From NCBI GenBank assembly GCA_023259115.1, contig JAHFQW010000005.1, positions 2,091 through 66,090 on the forward strand: DNA of 64,000 nt, written 5' to 3'. This document shows, in pieces, positions 1 through 8,453 of this stretch. Source of the DNA: an archaeon (GTDB lineage: Archaea > Nanobdellota > Nanobdellia > Woesearchaeales > GW2011-AR9). A program made the position numbers and the translations under genes. Positions within the stretch are counted from its first letter, which is position 1, and each line of letters begins with the position of its first letter. The notes under the pieces were generated by a model. That model was not told the origin of the DNA and made no database searches. It saw only the letters and a program-made list of their open reading frames with translations.

Positions 1-1777
1 AGGTGATTTGGAGAGGCAAATGAAGAATTTCGCCGGGTTGAATGGATGTGGGGGAGTTGAGGAGATTATATTCGAGTTTTGGTTTGGAGGAGGATGTTGA
101 AGAAGAAGAGGAAGTTTTGGTTTTGGTTTTGGCGGTAACTTTTATTTCTTTCTCGATGATAGTGGTGATAGTTTGGCACGCGTTTTCATTGCTCCCTTCG
201 ATAAATAAAGAAACGTTGTCGGATAAGTTGAGGGCCGAGAGAAAAATGGTTATCTCGCCGCCGAGGAGTTTGTTATCACAGTTTGAATTAAGAATGAGGG
301 GGAGGGTCATGAGATATTCTTGATGAGTCATGGGAAGTGAAAATGTAGTACTTTCACTGATAGTTTTGCCATCTTTTTCTGCCCACATTTTTCCTACACT
401 TTTTGTTTCATCTCCTTTGTAGATGAAAAGACTGATGTCAAGATGATCACCCCAACGGGTTTTGTTTGGCTGATATGATTTTATGGTGTCGATGTATAAC
501 GTGGAGTAGGGGTCGAAGAATTCTATGCTTTCAACTGCGAGATAGATGGTTTTATTGTTGTTTTGATTGTTGATGTCGGTACAACTTTGGTTTATGGTTG
601 AGAACTGGAGAGCGTAGATGCCAGGGGAGAGCTGAGGGTTGTAGGTTTTTGTGGCGTTGGTTTTGAGGTTGTAATTATTCCAGGGATTGTATTCGCGCAA
701 GAGGTCATCGGCGGCGTTTTTGATAGCACCGTGTACGGAGATTTTTTGAGGGATGTTGCTAAGGGTTTTGGCGAGAATGGTGAAATTTTGTTCGCCTTCG
801 GGAACGATAGTGCCTTGATTTAGTTGGATGTCAAGTGAGAGGTCACAGAGATTGGAAAATACGTTGGATTGACCGGGAGTAGGGAGGGCATATTGCCAAT
901 TTCCTAGGTCGTAGCTGAATGAGATGTTTTGGGCGGCGTTGCTGTAACTAACATAATTGAGAGGTTGAGAGTTGGCATAAAGAGTTATTTCATCATAGTC
1001 ATCATTGAGAGAAAAAGAAGGATCACCGTTGCGATAGATTACTTTATAGCAACCAGGACAGATTAGCGTGCTTTGATTGTTGAGAGTGGTTGAAGAGATG
1101 ATGAGAGTCTGATTCGCTTTATTTTTGAATGAGAGACTTTTAAGATCAAGCGAAATGGAACCGGCGTTGTAGAGTTCAATCCATTCGCCTAGAGGAGAGG
1201 GGAGATTGTCTTCTCCGAGCGGATTGACGAGGAGTTCATTTATGATGAGATTTTTATATTGCAGTGCAGGATCGGAGACGCTGTTGGCTTTGCCAGGAGT
1301 ACCAAAGAGAATAAGACTTTGGGCGAATGTGCCATCGTTTTGGCGCTCAAGAGATTTGTCATTTTTATAGCCACCGAGCGCGTCGGTATAATTCATTTTT
1401 GTTTGATAGGTGCTATTGAAGAGAGTGAGATGTTCTCCTGCGTCATTGAGACCGCCAGTAAGAGATTTGGCATTGACGCAGAGTTTAACAGCATTAGTTG
1501 TGAGATTTTTGTAGAGAGTAGAATCTTGATCGGTAAGAATGGCATAAGATTCTGAAGGAATAATAAGAGAACAGGCAGATTCAAATGAACAACAGATGAT
1601 ATTATTTGTATTTTTGTCGTCAGCGATTTTCCAACCACTCATGTTAATGGGAGTTGTAGAGGGATTATAGATTTCAATCCACTCATTTCCAGTGTACATC
1701 ACTTCGTTGATTATAGGATTTGCAAGAGTTGCGTGGGCTAGGCAGAGCAGAGTGATTAACCATACCTGTTTGAACAT
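1..1777 (-). CDS. secreted protein with two lamin-tail (LTD) domains; the 3' end runs off the window (at least 592 codons)
   Basis: Absent from the supplied ORF track because there is no stop inside the window. Hand translation from the ATG at 1777 stays open to base 1. It reads MFKQVWLITLLCLAHATLA (signal peptide), then NPIINEVMYTGNEWIEIYNPSTTPINMSGWKIADD. A second copy follows: LIINELLVNPLGEDN..GEWIELYNAGSISLDLKSLSF. Both carry the INE..EWIE(I/L)YN..GW signature of lamin-tail domains. Confidence 0.75.
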   Translation of the reverse strand, partial: MFKQVWLITLLCLAHATLANPIINEVMYTGNEWIEIYNPSTTPINMSGWKIADDKNTNNIICCSFESACSLIIPSESYAILTDQDSTLYKNLTTNAVKLCVNAKSLTGGLNDAGEHLTLFNSTYQTKMNYTDALGGYKNDKSLERQNDGTFAQSLILFGTPGKANSVSDPALQYKNLIINELLVNPLGEDNLPSPLGEWIELYNAGSISLDLKSLSFKNKANQTLIISSTTLNNQSTLICPGCYKVIYRNGDPSFSLNDDYDEITLYANSQPLNYVSYSNAAQNISFSYDLGNWQYALPTPGQSNVFSNLCDLSLDIQLNQGTIVPEGEQNFTILAKTLSNIPQKISVHGAIKNAADDLLREYNPWNNYNLKTNATKTYNPQLSPGIYALQFSTINQSCTDINNQNNNKTIYLAVESIEFFDPYSTLYIDTIKSYQPNKTRWGDHLDISLFIYKGDETKSVGKMWAEKDGKTISESTTFSLPMTHQEYLMTLPLILNSNCDNKLLGGEITIFLSALNLSDNVSLFIEGSNENACQTITTIIEKEIKVTAKTKTKTSSSSSTSSSKPKLEYNLLNSPTSIQPGEILHLPLQIT

Positions 1778-1816
1778 AATAATAAAGAGAATATCTTCTG
1801 TTTTAAATAAATTATT

Positions 1817-2070
1817 ATAGAGGAGTTTGAATTACTATATCCCATTTGTCAAACTCCTCTGAGAAGGATACCAACGGACAGAAATAATAATATTAATTGT
1901 TCTGTCCGTTGTATCTACAAAAGACCTAACTATCATTATAAGAAATTAGGTCTTTTGGTAGACTTTGAATATTGATGGATATAGGGGTTATTCAAAGTCT
2001 TCTATATTTGTGATGGTATAGAGGGGTTTGAATAATAGATTGAATAGAGGGTTATTCAAAGTCTTCTATA
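1817..2070. repeat. array of five consecutive hairpins (12-19 bp stems, 16-18 nt AT-rich loops) in a divergent intergenic region
   Basis: Stems read directly from the sequence. 1819-1830/1849-1860: AGAGGAGTTTGA/TCAAACTCCTCT. 1872-1883/1900-1911: CAACGGACAGAA/TTCTGTCCGTTG. 1918-1929/1946-1957: CAAAAGACCTAA/TTAGGTCTTTTG. 1960-1971/1989-2000: AGACTTTGAATA/TATTCAAAGTCT. 2017-2035/2052-2070: TATAGAGGGGTTTGAATAA/TTATTCAAAGTCTTCTATA; this last stem has three non-Watson-Crick positions, two of which would be G-U wobbles in RNA. Confidence 0.85.
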
Positions 2071-2191
2071 ATAGAATCAGGAATAAAGTTAATGGAATAG
2101 GTGTATTGGTATGTCTCTGTTGGAATATGTTTCTTTTACTATTTTAAGATACTAAACAAAGTTTTTAAATGCTCGTCGCCTAGTGAGGGTT

Positions 2192-2674
2192 ATGGGATGG
2201 TTTGGTAGTAATAAAAAAATGGTGCCTCGAGTGCCTTTTCCGCAGGGGAAGCCGATAGATGATAAGTCATTACGTTTTTCTATGCCGAGTACAGGAGATA
2301 GAGTAATTGAACCTGAGCAAATAAAGCAGGCGGTGGGTTATAGTAAGCTTTATACGTTTCCAGGGGATGTACAATTACCATCGTCAATGGGTAGTAGTAG
2401 TTCGTTGATGCCTCAGGCTATTCCTACAGGTGAGGGTATACCACCATCGCAAGTAGGGCCAATGTTTGCAAAAGTGGAGGTGTATTCGCATGTGCTTGAA
2501 GAAGTGGATGCGTTGAAGGCAACGTTGGGTGGATTACAAGAGACGAGTCGTATGCTTGAGAAGTCAGAATATAATGAAGAACATCATTTCGAGCAGTTAC
2601 GAAGATCAATTAGAGGAGTGCATGATCGTTTATTGCAGATGGATAAAAAGTTGTTCAAATCGCAAGGTGATTAA
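2192..2674 (+). CDS. hypothetical coiled-coil protein, paralog 1 of 3
   Basis: The track ORF starts at GTG 2183; the first ATG is at 2192. The C-terminal half (PMFAKVEVYSHVLEEVDALKATL..NEEHHFEQL) aligns with the next two gene products. Confidence 0.6.
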   Translation: MGWFGSNKKMVPRVPFPQGKPIDDKSLRFSMPSTGDRVIEPEQIKQAVGYSKLYTFPGDVQLPSSMGSSSSLMPQAIPTGEGIPPSQVGPMFAKVEVYSHVLEEVDALKATLGGLQETSRMLEKSEYNEEHHFEQLRRSIRGVHDRLLQMDKKLFKSQGD

Positions 2675-2676
2675 AA

Positions 2677-2904
2677 ATGGATAGAATGCCCGTATTTGTA
2701 AAGATTGATGAGTATGATAATGTGTTAGAGTTAGTTAAAGCAATACAGAAGAGAATTGGTGATGCAAAAGAGACTCTTACAAAAATACATGATTTAAAGA
2801 ATGAAGAAGATCACCAGTTAGAGATGTGGCAAAATAGTTTGGCAGAAGTGGAGAAGAAAATTGAGTTTATTGATCATTCGTTGAGTCAACCCGAACAATT
2901 CTAA
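2677..2904 (+). CDS. hypothetical small coiled-coil protein, paralog 2 of 3
   Basis: 75-aa ORF starting 3 nt after the previous stop. PVFVKIDEYDNVLELVKAIQKRI..NEEDHQLEMW matches the C-terminal half of the upstream protein. Confidence 0.6.
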   Translation: MDRMPVFVKIDEYDNVLELVKAIQKRIGDAKETLTKIHDLKNEEDHQLEMWQNSLAEVEKKIEFIDHSLSQPEQF

Positions 2905-2917
2905 GATAGGAGAAATC

Positions 2918-3400
2918 ATGGCAGCAAAGAAGAAACAGAAGAAAATGATGGTGCATAAACATGCAGATAAAGGACCAGATTATGTGGTACAGGTAAGTGA
3001 CCCAAAGATGCTGCGCAAGGATGTTTTAGAAGGGTTGAGGGAAGTAATTATTTTTATGCAAGGATATGATACGTTTCGCAAAGTGCAAGAAGAAAAGCTG
3101 GTATTGTTTAATCAGTTAAAGTCTGATGTGCGGGATATTAATAATTTGGTTGAGACAAAATTGAAGCATTATTTGCCTAAAGGAAAAATACAAGGAATGG
3201 CTAAACCGGAAGTGAAAAAAGAGGTTCGAGCAGCAGATGTGCGTCGTCCGGTAGTGGTTGCGAGTAGTGTTATGACGAAGCCAGCACCGGTAGCCGTAGT
3301 ACCAAGAGCAGATGTTTCTGCAGATATCCCTACAGGAGAATTGGCGGAGTTGGAAGCGCAATTGAAAGAGATTGAGGATCAGTTGCAGAATATCAAATGA
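2918..3400 (+). CDS. hypothetical coiled-coil protein, paralog 3 of 3, with a Lys-rich N-terminus
   Basis: 160-aa ORF. VVQVSDPKMLRKDVLEGLREVIIF..QEEKLVLFNQL follows the same heptad-like pattern. The C-terminus ELAELEAQLKEIEDQLQNIK looks like a coiled coil. Confidence 0.55.
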   Translation: MAAKKKQKKMMVHKHADKGPDYVVQVSDPKMLRKDVLEGLREVIIFMQGYDTFRKVQEEKLVLFNQLKSDVRDINNLVETKLKHYLPKGKIQGMAKPEVKKEVRAADVRRPVVVASSVMTKPAPVAVVPRADVSADIPTGELAELEAQLKEIEDQLQNIK

Positions 3401-3428
3401 TGATGGTTCTTGTTTAATTTTCAGTTAG

Positions 3429-3438
3429 TTTTATAAAA
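3429..3438 (+). promoter_or_regulatory. TATA-box-like element upstream of tRNA-Leu
   Basis: TTTTATAAAA ends about 25 nt before the first GCGGACGTGCCAG copy at 3463. This is the usual archaeal spacing between a TATA box and the transcription start. Confidence 0.45.
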
Positions 3439-3462
3439 AGAGGAGAGATTTTTCTACATATT

Positions 3463-3699
3463 GCGGACGTGCCAGCATGCGAAAATGAAAGATTTTCGGG
3501 CTAGCACGTCCACAAAGTCGCGGACGTGCCAGAGTGGTCAAATGGGATAGACTCAAAAGCTTTGGGAATTAGGAGTGCTCAGAAGAGTTCGATGAATACA
3601 CCCAGCATAAGTCATCTATTGGCTTAGTGCCTTCGCAGGTTCGAGTAGGCTTATTATAGGATATACTTGTAATGAGCGTCGAGAGTCCTGCCGTCCGCA
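3463..3699 (+). tRNA. tRNA-Leu(CAA), interrupted by at least two introns; the mature 5' end is at either 3463 or 3520
   Basis: Acceptor GCGGACG (3520-3526, also 3463-3469) pairs with CGTCCGC (3692-3698), with discriminator A at 3699. D region: CCAGAGTGGTCAAATGG. Anticodon stem ATAGA (3547-3551) pairs with TCTAT (3615-3619), and the loop is CTCAAA with CAA at 3554-3556. These are separated by an intron of about 56 nt. There is a long variable arm (GGC..GCC). T arm: GCAGG-TTCGAGT ... CCTGC (3635-3646 / 3687-3691), split by an insert of about 40 nt. Confidence 0.8.
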
Positions 3700-3701
3700 C
3701 A

Positions 3702-3709
3702 TTTTTTTT
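3702..3709 (+). terminator. oligo-T tract directly after the tRNA-Leu 3' end
   Basis: A run of eight T residues begins 3 nt after the discriminator base. Archaeal RNA polymerase terminates at oligo-T tracts. Confidence 0.5.
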
Positions 3710-3723
3710 ATTGGTTTGATGAA

Positions 3724-3939
3724 ATGGGAAATGTTGATGAAGAGTACATACAACAACTTGTAAAACAGGGCGCTCAAAAATTAGAATTACTTCTTGATGA
3801 TTTAGAAGTGCTTGATCCGGGGATGCGAATGTATGCAGAACGTTGCAAGTTGAGGGGATGTGATATTCGATATGTTACTGAGCCTTTTTTAGATGGATCA
3901 ACATATAAAATATGGCTGTGGTATATCCCGAGGTCATAG
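3724..3939 (+). CDS. hypothetical small protein (71 aa)
   Basis: ORF only; no motif recognised. Confidence 0.4.
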   Translation: MGNVDEEYIQQLVKQGAQKLELLLDDLEVLDPGMRMYAERCKLRGCDIRYVTEPFLDGSTYKIWLWYIPRS

Positions 3940-4018
3940 ATAGTAAAGTGTTTGAAAAAAATAAGTAAGTGAAATTTATCTGGGAAACATTTTTAAACCC
4001 TAAACTAAAGCATTATTT

Positions 4019-5353
4019 ATGGCAATTGATGTGTGCACGATTGGGGGATTTACCAGAGTTGGTGGAAATTCTGTGGCGATTAAAGTTGGGGAAGAAGTAG
4101 TTATTCTGGATATGGGATTGAATATGGAGATGTATGTCAATTATAGTGAGGATCGCGAGGATGTTGGTGCAAAGACGTATGAAGAATTGTTGAAGGTAGG
4201 AGCGGTTCCGGATTACAAAGCGATTAAAGAGTGGCAAGATAAGGTGATTGCGATTGTGCCGAGTCATGCGCATTTAGACCATATTGGGGCTATGCCGTTT
4301 TCGATGAAGTTGTTTCCGACGGCAAAAGTGGTATGCACTCCGTATACGGCGGAAGTGTTAAACACGATTATTGCAGATGAGCAGATACAGGTGACAAATA
4401 AGATTATTCCTATTGCGTTGAATGGTACTTATCAGTTGTCGAAGAATATTAAAGCGGAATTTGTGCATGTGACGCATTCGATTCCACATACGGCTATTGT
4501 GGTGTTACATACGCCGCAAGGAAAAATTATGTATGCGAATGATTATAAGTTTGATATGCACCCCACATTGGGTCAGAAGCCTAATTTAGAGCGATTAGGA
4601 GAATTAGGCAAAGAAGGAATTGATTTATTGATTGTGGAGTGTTTATATGCACATGAACATCGCAAGATGCCTTCGGAAGGAGTGGCAAAGCAGATGCTGC
4701 GTGATGTGATGTTTGGGGTACAGAGTAAGGGCAAAGCGATGATTGTGACGACGTTTAGCAGTCATATTGCACGATTGAAGAGTATTATTGAGATGGGGCA
4801 TAAATTGAATCGAAAAGTGGTACTTGTGGGGAGATCTCTTTCAAAGTATGTACTTGCGGCACAGCGTATTGGCCTTGTGAATTTTGGGAAAGAAGTGGAA
4901 TTTATTCGTAGCCGAGATAGAGTGGAGAAGTTATTTTCAAAGATTCGCAAAGATGGAAAAGAGAAGTATGTGATTGTGTGCACGGGCCATCAAGGTGAAC
5001 CAAAGGCGATATTATCACGCATGGCACGCGGAGAGTTTGATTTTACATTTGATGAGGGAGATATGGTCATTTTTAGTTGTTCGGTAATCCCCGTGGAAGT
5101 TAACAGGAGAAATAGGAATAAGCTGGATAGCGATTTGCGAGCGAAGAATGTACGATTATTTACGGATGTGCATGTGTCAGGACATGCGGCGCGAGAGGAT
5201 CATCGTGATTTGATTGAGTTGGTAAAGCCCAGGCATATAATTCCTGCCCATGCGGGTGCGGATAAAGCGCAGATGATGAAAGAGTTGGCGGAACAATTAG
5301 GGTATAAGAATACACATATTATGCAGGATGGGAAGAAGTTGCGAATTGAGTAG
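4019..5353 (+). CDS. rnj: archaeal RNase J-like beta-CASP metallo-beta-lactamase ribonuclease
   Basis: HxHxDH motif in VPSHAHLDHIGAMPF. Downstream His and Asp motifs (HVTHSIPH, VHVSGHA) and a length of about 440 aa are typical of aRNase J. Confidence 0.8.
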   Translation: MAIDVCTIGGFTRVGGNSVAIKVGEEVVILDMGLNMEMYVNYSEDREDVGAKTYEELLKVGAVPDYKAIKEWQDKVIAIVPSHAHLDHIGAMPFSMKLFPTAKVVCTPYTAEVLNTIIADEQIQVTNKIIPIALNGTYQLSKNIKAEFVHVTHSIPHTAIVVLHTPQGKIMYANDYKFDMHPTLGQKPNLERLGELGKEGIDLLIVECLYAHEHRKMPSEGVAKQMLRDVMFGVQSKGKAMIVTTFSSHIARLKSIIEMGHKLNRKVVLVGRSLSKYVLAAQRIGLVNFGKEVEFIRSRDRVEKLFSKIRKDGKEKYVIVCTGHQGEPKAILSRMARGEFDFTFDEGDMVIFSCSVIPVEVNRRNRNKLDSDLRAKNVRLFTDVHVSGHAAREDHRDLIELVKPRHIIPAHAGADKAQMMKELAEQLGYKNTHIMQDGKKLRIE

Positions 5354-5786
5354 ATTAATTGTTGTTATTAAAATCACTTTTCTTCCCGCCCGATTACGAG
5401 AGTGGGCACTTTAACGAGAACTACTTTCTATTCATAATTTTATCCCAAGCACTTTGAATTTGCATATATTCAACAGGTTCTGTGTCTCGAGATATAGGAA
5501 CTGGTTTCGGTTTCCACCTCCGATGATAACATTACTCTGGAATGCACAGAAACTGCGGTTTCGGGCATGCAGGAACGGGAGTTTCCCCACATATAGATAG
5601 GGGTGTTATATGCTAAATAATTTACTGCTTTACACTTTATTGGTTTCATCTCATGAAAGACTAGTTATGTAAACCATACTCTTTGTTACCATAATCTTTA
5701 TAAATCGTTCTTGGTTGGAATTTAGGTAGGAAGTGGTGATGTGAATTAGTTGTTGCTAATATGTTTACTGTGGGGGTTTTTTGCTT

Positions 5787-6533
5787 ATGAAATTAGTGCT
5801 TGCTGAGCCAAAATATTTTAAAGATAGTATTTCAATTATTTCTGATCTTGTTACGGAGGCGAAGTTTAAAGTGAAACCGGAAGGGTTGGAACTTGTGGCG
5901 ATGGATCCGGCAAATGTGGCGATGGTGGTGTTTAAGTTGCTGTCGAGTTCGTTTACGTCATATGATGTGAAGCAGCCAGAGACAATGGCGATTAATTTGA
6001 ATAGTTTGAAGCAGATTCTGCGCAGAACGAAGAGTGATGATATTTTGAGTTTAGAGACTACAGAGGATAGTAAGTTGACGGTGCAGATGAAGAGTAATAC
6101 GGTGCGGTCATTTTCTATTCCTACATTAGAATTGGAAGATAAAGAGCAGCGAGTGCCAGAGCTACAGTTTCCGTTGACAATTGAGACGAGTGCAGCGGTG
6201 TTATCGGAAGCGATTGAGGATGTATCAGTTGTGGCGGAATCGGTGACGTTTTTAGGAGAGAAGAGTATGTTTTTAGTGAAAGCGGAAGGGGATTTGTCAA
6301 AGGCATTGATTGAAATCAAACCCGATGATGTGACAAAGATTACGACGAGTGGAGCGGATAAATATAAAGCAAAGTATTCGATTGAATATTTGAAGAAGAT
6401 GATTAATGCTGGCAAGTTGGCGGAGCAAGTGACCATACAATTTAATACGGATTATCCTCTCAAGATTGAGTATAAAGTAACGGATCGATTGCTGATGAGT
6501 TTTATCTTGGCGCCAAGAGTGGATAATGATTGA
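5787..6533 (+). CDS. pcn: DNA polymerase sliding clamp PCNA
   Basis: MKLVLAEPKYFKDSISIISDLVTEAKFKVKPEGLELVAMDPANVAMVVFKL matches the canonical PCNA N-terminus, and the length is about 248 aa. The track start at TTG 5781 was trimmed to the ATG at 5787. Confidence 0.9.
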   Translation: MKLVLAEPKYFKDSISIISDLVTEAKFKVKPEGLELVAMDPANVAMVVFKLLSSSFTSYDVKQPETMAINLNSLKQILRRTKSDDILSLETTEDSKLTVQMKSNTVRSFSIPTLELEDKEQRVPELQFPLTIETSAAVLSEAIEDVSVVAESVTFLGEKSMFLVKAEGDLSKALIEIKPDDVTKITTSGADKYKAKYSIEYLKKMINAGKLAEQVTIQFNTDYPLKIEYKVTDRLLMSFILAPRVDND

Positions 6534-6545
6534 TTCATTTTGATT

Positions 6546-7010
6546 ATGGTGGATTATCTATTACAGAAGATGGATTCGAAGAGGTATTCTCAGCTAATAT
6601 GCTCAGAGAGTTCGCACGCAATTGTGCGTTCTGTTACGATGTATGGGTTTTCTGATGTGGTTAATTTTAGGAGAAGAAATGGAGATGAGTCTACCTATGG
6701 AAGTGGATGGAATTTGAGCGAGATTGGATGTTTTCGAGAGTTGAGAGGGTATACACGATTATGGGAGATGCCGGTATCAACACTTGAGAGATTAGGAGCG
6801 AGGATGTTTGAGCTGTTATATCTAAAACGATTGCCAGAATCTGAGCGTTTTGATACTGTGCCAATTATTGATACAGGAAATGGAAATTATAAGAGTATTA
6901 TGAGTCAATTAAAAGAGTTGCAAAATCTAGAGAAGAAAATAATTGATTCAGGGGAATTTGCGTTTCCTGTGATTTCTGCTTATGAATTGCAAGTAGCGGA
7001 TTCGTGGTGA
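6546..7010 (+). CDS. hypothetical protein
   Basis: ORF only. ATG at 6546, inside the TTG-started track ORF. Confidence 0.45.
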   Translation: MVDYLLQKMDSKRYSQLICSESSHAIVRSVTMYGFSDVVNFRRRNGDESTYGSGWNLSEIGCFRELRGYTRLWEMPVSTLERLGARMFELLYLKRLPESERFDTVPIIDTGNGNYKSIMSQLKELQNLEKKIIDSGEFAFPVISAYELQVADSW

Positions 7011-7017
7011 GGAGAGA

Positions 7018-8094
7018 ATGAAACGTGCAGAATTTATTCGAACGAAAGTAGGGGAGTATTTAGATTGTGTTCTGCCAAATCCAGAGATTCCGGGTTTGGG
7101 TGAAATGGCGAGAGGAAAAGTGCGAAATTCGTATTCTGTGCAAACCTCTTTGGGTCCAGTACGAGTGATGGTGACATCAGATAGAGTGTCAGCGTTTGAT
7201 GTGGTTTTAGATCGAGCGATTCCGTTTAAAGGAGTGGTATTAAATGCGATTGCGCAACATTCTTTTGATGAAATAAAAGATTTGGTGGATGTTGCGGCAT
7301 TGCCTTCGCTGGATATGCGGGTGATGATACAGCGAGAAGTGGAAAATATAGGGGTGGAGTGTGTTGTGCGAGGGTATATGTGGGGGAGTTTGGCAAAAGA
7401 GTATGAAGAAGGACGACGAGAGAAGTGTGGCAATCGATTGGAAAATGGATTGTTAAGATATCAGCGGTTGATGGGCCCGCTGTTTACGCCAACGACGAAA
7501 GCAATGCAGGGGCATGATGAGGATATTACGTTAGAAGATATGGCAGATATGCTACGAACAAAAAATGATCATAGAGGAAGTTTGAGTTTTACACGAAGTG
7601 TAACAAATGGAATTAACGATACGTCAATTAGGTTATATCAACGAGGACAGATGAGAGCAGAGGAGAGAGGGTTATTTTTACTTGATACAAAATATGAGTG
7701 GGGATATATCAATGGAAAAATGGTGGTTATTGATGAGGTTCACACGCCAGATTCATCACGATATGTTGAGATGAGAGAGTGGGAGGAAAAGTTCCCCGTG
7801 ATTATGGAAGAGATGAAAAGAGGAGAGTATGCAACGGTGACAGAGTTATTGAAGGTGAAGCCAGAGCTGAAAATTAAGGAGATGTCAAAGCAAGTTGTTC
7901 GGGATGTGTTATTGGAACAAGGATTTGATGGACAGAGCTGCAAAGTGCCGCGGTTGACGGATGGGCAAGTGATTGAGACGAGCGCTCGGTATATCGAACT
8001 CTATGAAAAGTTGATTGGACGAGAGTTTGAGTTTGAGAGATATGCGCAGCCATTTGATGCGGGGAACGTGAGAGAGTATGTGATGGGGTTGTAG
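7018..8094 (+). CDS. purC: SAICAR synthetase (phosphoribosylaminoimidazole-succinocarboxamide synthase), long form
   Basis: GKVRNSY ... VMVTSDRVSAFDVV matches the PurC GKVRD-Y / DR-SAFD signature. Confidence 0.8.
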   Translation: MKRAEFIRTKVGEYLDCVLPNPEIPGLGEMARGKVRNSYSVQTSLGPVRVMVTSDRVSAFDVVLDRAIPFKGVVLNAIAQHSFDEIKDLVDVAALPSLDMRVMIQREVENIGVECVVRGYMWGSLAKEYEEGRREKCGNRLENGLLRYQRLMGPLFTPTTKAMQGHDEDITLEDMADMLRTKNDHRGSLSFTRSVTNGINDTSIRLYQRGQMRAEERGLFLLDTKYEWGYINGKMVVIDEVHTPDSSRYVEMREWEEKFPVIMEEMKRGEYATVTELLKVKPELKIKEMSKQVVRDVLLEQGFDGQSCKVPRLTDGQVIETSARYIELYEKLIGREFEFERYAQPFDAGNVREYVMGL

Positions 8095-8154
8095 TAATCT
8101 GAAGTATTACTGGTCGTAGGAAGATTTTTAAATTTAGAAGAGTTGGAACAACTG

Positions 8155-8373
8155 ATGGAATTTTACACGGAAGGCTTGTTGTGGTATATTTTCTTAATTG
8201 ATGCGATGATGTATGGGATTATGAGTTTTACCCAAGGCAGAAGACACACTTGGGAGCACCATTGGTTGTCGGGCTATTTTCCCCTCAATAGGTTTTTTTC
8301 GTTTTTTTACTTGTTCTTAGTGTTGTGGACGGGTTTTACGTTGTATCGCATGGGACTGATTGTGTTTTGGTAG
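8155..8373 (+). CDS. small membrane protein
   Basis: Two predicted hydrophobic helices (LLWYIFLIDAMMYGIM, FFSFFYLFLVLWTGF). ATG at 8155. Confidence 0.4.
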   Translation: MEFYTEGLLWYIFLIDAMMYGIMSFTQGRRHTWEHHWLSGYFPLNRFFSFFYLFLVLWTGFTLYRMGLIVFW

Positions 8374-8453
8374 AGAGGGAATGTGTGAAGATGCTGAGAT
8401 ATGAAGTGTATTGTGACTAAAATTTAATAAAGAGAGCTTCTTCTTGAAGGTGT

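Noticed and set aside
42-1638. Track ORFs 42..323(+), 1259..1555(+) and 1393..1638(-)
   Set aside because: All lie inside, and out of frame with or antisense to, the long open minus-strand frame encoding the LTD protein. They show no motifs.
1817-2070. CRISPR array
   Set aside because: The units are inverted repeats with different stem sequences, not direct repeats of one sequence separated by unique spacers. No cas genes are in the window.
5765-6436. 223-aa minus-strand ORF
   Set aside because: It is antisense to the unambiguous PCNA gene and its sequence is low-complexity Ser/Ile/Phe-rich. It is a shadow ORF.
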